64,000 nucleotides of DNA, from IMG/VR virus record IMGVR_UViG_3300005530_000001; one strand, written 5' to 3'. The first letter of the stretch is position 1; each line of letters begins with the position of its first letter. The notes below the pieces were generated by a model. It made no database searches. It was not told where the DNA came from and was given only the letters and a program-made list of their open reading frames with translations. The stretch is from an uncultured virus (IMG/VR IMGVR_UViG_3300005530_000001). Its lineage: Duplodnaviria > Heunggongvirae > Uroviricota > Caudoviricetes. Below, in pieces: positions 62,507 to 64,000 of this stretch. The position numbers and the translations under genes are program-made.

Positions 62507-63865
62507 ATGCTTGTCGAACTGAAGTCCCTCAAGCCCAATCCCCTCCGCGACTTCACAGTCGACCCAGTTGACGAAGACCGCGTCAAAGACCTGAAGGGCT
62601 CCATCGAAGAAGATGGATTCTGGGGCGGTGTAGTCGGCCGTCGCATCAAGGGGGGCGAGATCGAGGTCGCCGCTGGCTGGCACCGAGTGAAGGCTGCGAT
62701 CGCCGCCGGGCTGCGCTCGGCTGACATCTTCATTGCCCCCCAGATGACGGACGGCGACATGGTCCGGATCTACTCCCGGGAGAACGCGACCCAGCGGGGG
62801 AACAGCGGCACCGCCCAGGCCGGGAGTATCGCCGCCGCTGTGCGTATCCTGGCGAAGGCTCTGGCGACTGGCAATCTATCCCCAATTGGGGATAGATTCA
62901 CCAAGCGCGCCATCGAGGTCGCTGCCGGAACGATGGCTTCCGGGGACGGGATCGGCGCCCCCATCATCGAAGAGCTTCTCGATGGGATTCCTGGCATGTC
63001 GAAGCGGCTCATCTCTGAGCAACTGTCTATCCTTAAGGCCTCGGGACAGTACGACCGGATCATCGCGGAGGTCAAGGAGGAGATCGAGGAAGAGAACCGG
63101 GAGGCCCTCGCCAAGCTCAAAAAGGCCGAGGAGGAGCAGCGCAAGGCTGACGAGCAGGCAGCGAAGGCCGAGGCCGAGCGCAAGGAGGCGGCGGCTAAGG
63201 CCAAGGCCGCCAAGGCGGAGGCAGACAGGAAGCGGGCGGAACTCGCGGAGCGCCGGGCCGAAGAGGAGGCCAAGCTAGCCGCGAAGCGCCAGCAGGAGGC
63301 GAAGGCTGGGCTCAAGCAGTTCGAGGACCTCAAGAAGACCCGCGACGTCCTGGACAAGGCCACCACAGACACAGACACCAAGCGACCGGTCACATTCGAC
63401 CAGGTCGGAGTCTTGAAGCACATCAAGACCTCCGGGCTCGTCAGCGTATTTAAGGACATGGTCACGAGCCCCGGAGTGCGTCCCTACTGTTCCGTCTCGC
63501 AACAGGCCCGAGTGGCTCGGGACCTCGTAGCGGAAGCGGGCCACGACAGCGAGGGCAGGAGCAACCTCACGGCTGCTTTCATTCGCGAGAAGATCATCAC
63601 CATTGCCCGCTATGGCCGGAAGGACAGCGTTGTCCGCTCCAAGGAGGAGCGTGAGGAGCGTGAGCGGGCCGACACGGTTGCTAGGTATCGGCGCCTGGTG
63701 GAAGAGTTCGGCACCGCTCTCCGGGCGATGATCCGGACCGGCAACGACCTCGCGAAGCTAGAAGAGAAGTGGCCACGTGGCGAGAAGAAGCCTATCTCGA
63801 TGGCCCTGCGGCACGACGTGGAACTGGCGAAGAAGATCATCGACCGCATGTACCGTACCTTCTAA
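62507..63865 (+). CDS. ParB/Srx N-terminal domain protein with long coiled coil
   Basis: L.PNP.R, L..SI...G, AGWHR..A (GxxR), EN..QR; GGGAGG RBS; lower GC. Confidence 0.8.
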   Translation: MLVELKSLKPNPLRDFTVDPVDEDRVKDLKGSIEEDGFWGGVVGRRIKGGEIEVAAGWHRVKAAIAAGLRSADIFIAPQMTDGDMVRIYSRENATQRGNSGTAQAGSIAAAVRILAKALATGNLSPIGDRFTKRAIEVAAGTMASGDGIGAPIIEELLDGIPGMSKRLISEQLSILKASGQYDRIIAEVKEEIEEENREALAKLKKAEEEQRKADEQAAKAEAERKEAAAKAKAAKAEADRKRAELAERRAEEEAKLAAKRQQEAKAGLKQFEDLKKTRDVLDKATTDTDTKRPVTFDQVGVLKHIKTSGLVSVFKDMVTSPGVRPYCSVSQQARVARDLVAEAGHDSEGRSNLTAAFIREKIITIARYGRKDSVVRSKEEREERERADTVARYRRLVEEFGTALRAMIRTGNDLAKLEEKWPRGEKKPISMALRHDVELAKKIIDRMYRTF

Positions 63866-63867
63866 CC

Positions 63868-63888
63868 TGCGCACCGCTGTGGTGCGTG
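63868..63888 (+). repeat. inverted repeat, copy 2
   Basis: TGCGCACC gctgt GGTGCGTG. Confidence 0.7.
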
Positions 63889-63905
63889 TAAACCAGGAGG
63901 AGACC

Positions 63906-64000
63906 GTGACGGCACTCCCCAAGTACACGCTAGAGCAGGCGGCAAAGCGGTTTCTGGCAGAATATCCTATCGGCGCATTGCTGAAGCCGGAGGAGTTCGA
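63906..64000 (+). CDS. hypothetical protein (5' part, runs off the window)
   Basis: AGGAGGAG RBS, GTG start, open to the window end. Confidence 0.55.
   Translation, partial: MTALPKYTLEQAAKRFLAEYPIGALLKPEEF

Overview
A high-GC (roughly 70% by eye) segment of a tailed dsDNA phage, most likely siphovirus-like with a Gram-negative host, since it carries a spanin-like pair. 1-38.5 kb (+ strand) is a tightly coupled late operon. It holds a head-closure protein, an L,D-transpeptidase-family putative lysin with membrane proteins, a 1573-aa Ser-rich coiled-coil fibre, tail terminator, tail assembly chaperone with a -1 frameshift site, tape measure protein, Dit-like and hub proteins, and holin/spanins. 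It also has TWO paralogous hub/Tal-like proteins carrying 1 and 5 LamG-like domains. Five glycosyltransferase-like domains (including a Maf/DUF115-type), three methyltransferase domains and a 2OG-Fe(II) oxygenase are interleaved among the virion genes, suggesting a virion glyco-decoration system. 38.4-55.2 kb is a divergent early region of about 55 small ORFs pointing away from ~49.55 kb. It is punctuated by 10 copies of a conserved promoter element (core GACWTDGACTGTGCTA) and a repeated stop/RBS/start junction. 55.2-64 kb encodes RecT-like, PD-(D/E)xK nuclease, Gam-like, HerA-like and ParB-like proteins. No capsid, portal, terminase, obvious major tail tube, integrase, repressor, tRNA or CRISPR array was recognised. 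All family calls come from motif recognition by eye; no database search was run.
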